Shown: positions 31,257 through 32,000 of the stretch, in pieces | How positions within the stretch are numbered: the stretch's first letter is position 1 | Layout of the letters: each line of letters opens with the position of its first letter | NCBI GenBank assembly: GCA_030059665.1 | Contig: JANVYR010000001.1 | Location: 125,501-157,500, forward strand | DNA from: Candidatus Calditenuis fumarioli | GTDB taxonomy: Archaea > Thermoproteota > Nitrososphaeria_A > Caldarchaeales > Calditenuaceae | Length of the DNA stretch: 32,000 bases | Direction of reading: 5' to 3' | Position numbers and translations under genes: made by a program | The notes under the pieces: generated by a model | What the model was told of the DNA's origin: nothing | The model's input: only the letters and a program-made list of their open reading frames with translations | Database searches by the model: none

Positions 31257-32000
31257 GTTCGGAGGACGAGCAGGACCAGCGAGAGGCCGAGCGGGATCGA
31301 GAGGCCCGGGACCTGATCCCACCTGCGCAGCATCGCGAGCGTTGCGTAGTAGCCGGCGATCACGACGGCGTTGACCGCGACGGCCGTGGTCAGGCCCGCG
31401 ATCCTGAACGACACCGATATGGCCATCGCGTAGAAGATCAGGTCCCCGAGGCCCACGCTGGCGTCGCGCATCTCCACCACCATCCCCCTGATGGTCCTGT
31501 ATCCCTCCGAGGGCAGCGCCCTCATCGCCGAGAGGTAGCCCCTCCATACCATGAGGAGATCGAAGAGGGCCGCGGCTCCCATCAGGACCAGAGAGGTGAA
31601 GGGAGGGACGACCGAGGCGATCACGAGCCCTCCCAGCGCGCCGGTAATGGAGCCAGAGACGGCCGCGGCCAGCCCCGTTCTCCTACGGATGAGGTACGTG
31701 CAGAGGGCACCGAGCCCGTAGGAGAGGAGCAGCGTGAGGGAGACGCTCCCGGCGATCACGTGCCCCGATGAGAGGAGCAGGTAGGACATGGACGAACCTG
31801 TGACCAGCAGGTAGAGGGCGGCCGAGAGGAGGGAGGCGAGTGACGGCCTTTTCTTGAGGAGGAGCACGAAGAGCGTTCCCGAGACGCCCACGGCTGCGAG
31901 AAGGACCGTTGCGTTCAGGTACGGCGCGGAGGAGACCTCTGGTGCGCTCGGGGGCTCCTCGAAGGTCACAACCGGCGGCAACGTCTTGATCGGCGGAGGC
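31244..32000 (-). CDS. Presenilin/signal-peptide-peptidase-like (A22 family, archaeal PSH-type) intramembrane aspartyl protease. It probably continues beyond the window.
   Basis: GLGDLIFY is the GxGD motif. An Asp lies in the preceding TM (ALFDLL) and there is a C-terminal PGL (PAL-like) motif. Eight TM helices are visible and the Asp residues sit in the 5th and 6th. The canonical fold has 9 TM helices with Asp in TM6 and TM7. The frame stays open from the listed TTG 31981 to nt 32000. Confidence 0.65.
   Translation of the reverse strand, partial: PPPIKTLPPVVTFEEPPSAPEVSSAPYLNATVLLAAVGVSGTLFVLLLKKRPSLASLLSAALYLLVTGSSMSYLLLSSGHVIAGSVSLTLLLSYGLGALCTYLIRRRTGLAAAVSGSITGALGGLVIASVVPPFTSLVLMGAAALFDLLMVWRGYLSAMRALPSEGYRTIRGMVVEMRDASVGLGDLIFYAMAISVSFRIAGLTTAVAVNAVVIAGYYATLAMLRRWDQVPGLSIPLGLSLVLLVLRTYLF

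Noticed and set aside
1-32000. A scan for CRISPR arrays, IS elements/transposases, integrases, toxin-antitoxin pairs and known defence genes.
   Set aside because: I saw no regularly spaced direct repeats and no ORF with transposase, integrase, Cas, nuclease-helicase or TA hallmarks. The composition looks uniform, with no obvious low-GC island. A manual scan can miss short or degenerate repeats.

Overview
This is a GC-rich archaeal chromosomal segment (my by-eye estimate is about 60% GC or more; not computed). Arg is encoded mostly by AGG. The gene content points to a TACK/Thermoproteota-type archaeon: eL15, eL34, the uL15-SecY-DUF106 tail of the ribosomal superoperon, archaeal-type Cmk, RFC small subunit and a CdvB/ESCRT-III homologue whose sequence pattern looks thaum/aigarchaeal.

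About 37 tightly packed CDS cover nearly the whole window, and most are housekeeping:
- SufS (5' partial), RidA and an MscS-like channel.
- A Sco1 module.
- uL15-SecY-DUF106-eL34, Cmk and eL15.
- A leuA/cimA-ilvB pair.
- ArgRS, thioredoxin, RFC-S and KsgA.
- A five-gene Liv-type branched-chain amino acid ABC transporter.
- NAD kinase, a DedA/YqaA-like membrane protein and an Nnr-like protein.
- A presenilin-like intramembrane protease that runs off the 3' edge.

First genes of transcription units tend to have an AT-rich TATA-like box about 25-35 nt upstream of the start codon, implying leaderless or near-leaderless mRNAs. Internal genes are coupled by ATGA, GTGA, TTGA or TGATG overlaps.

I recognised no rRNA, tRNA, CRISPR array, transposase, integrase or obvious defence genes. 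I cannot honestly point to a convincing new multi-gene system.

The leads most worth a second look:
1. A 22-codon upstream ORF ending in four Leu codons, whose stop overlaps the Shine-Dalgarno of the leuA/cimA-ilvB operon.
2. An NAD kinase with a degenerate GGDGT motif fused to a C-terminal winged helix. It sits divergent from a DedA-coupled Nnr-like gene whose dehydratase half looks decayed.
3. A multi-TM protein translationally coupled to a COG3432-type wHTH regulator.
4. A stand-alone short CdvB/ESCRT-III paralogue between ksgA and rfcS.
5. Several orphan proteins of unknown role.

All family calls come from reading motifs by eye in the supplied translations. No searches were run.
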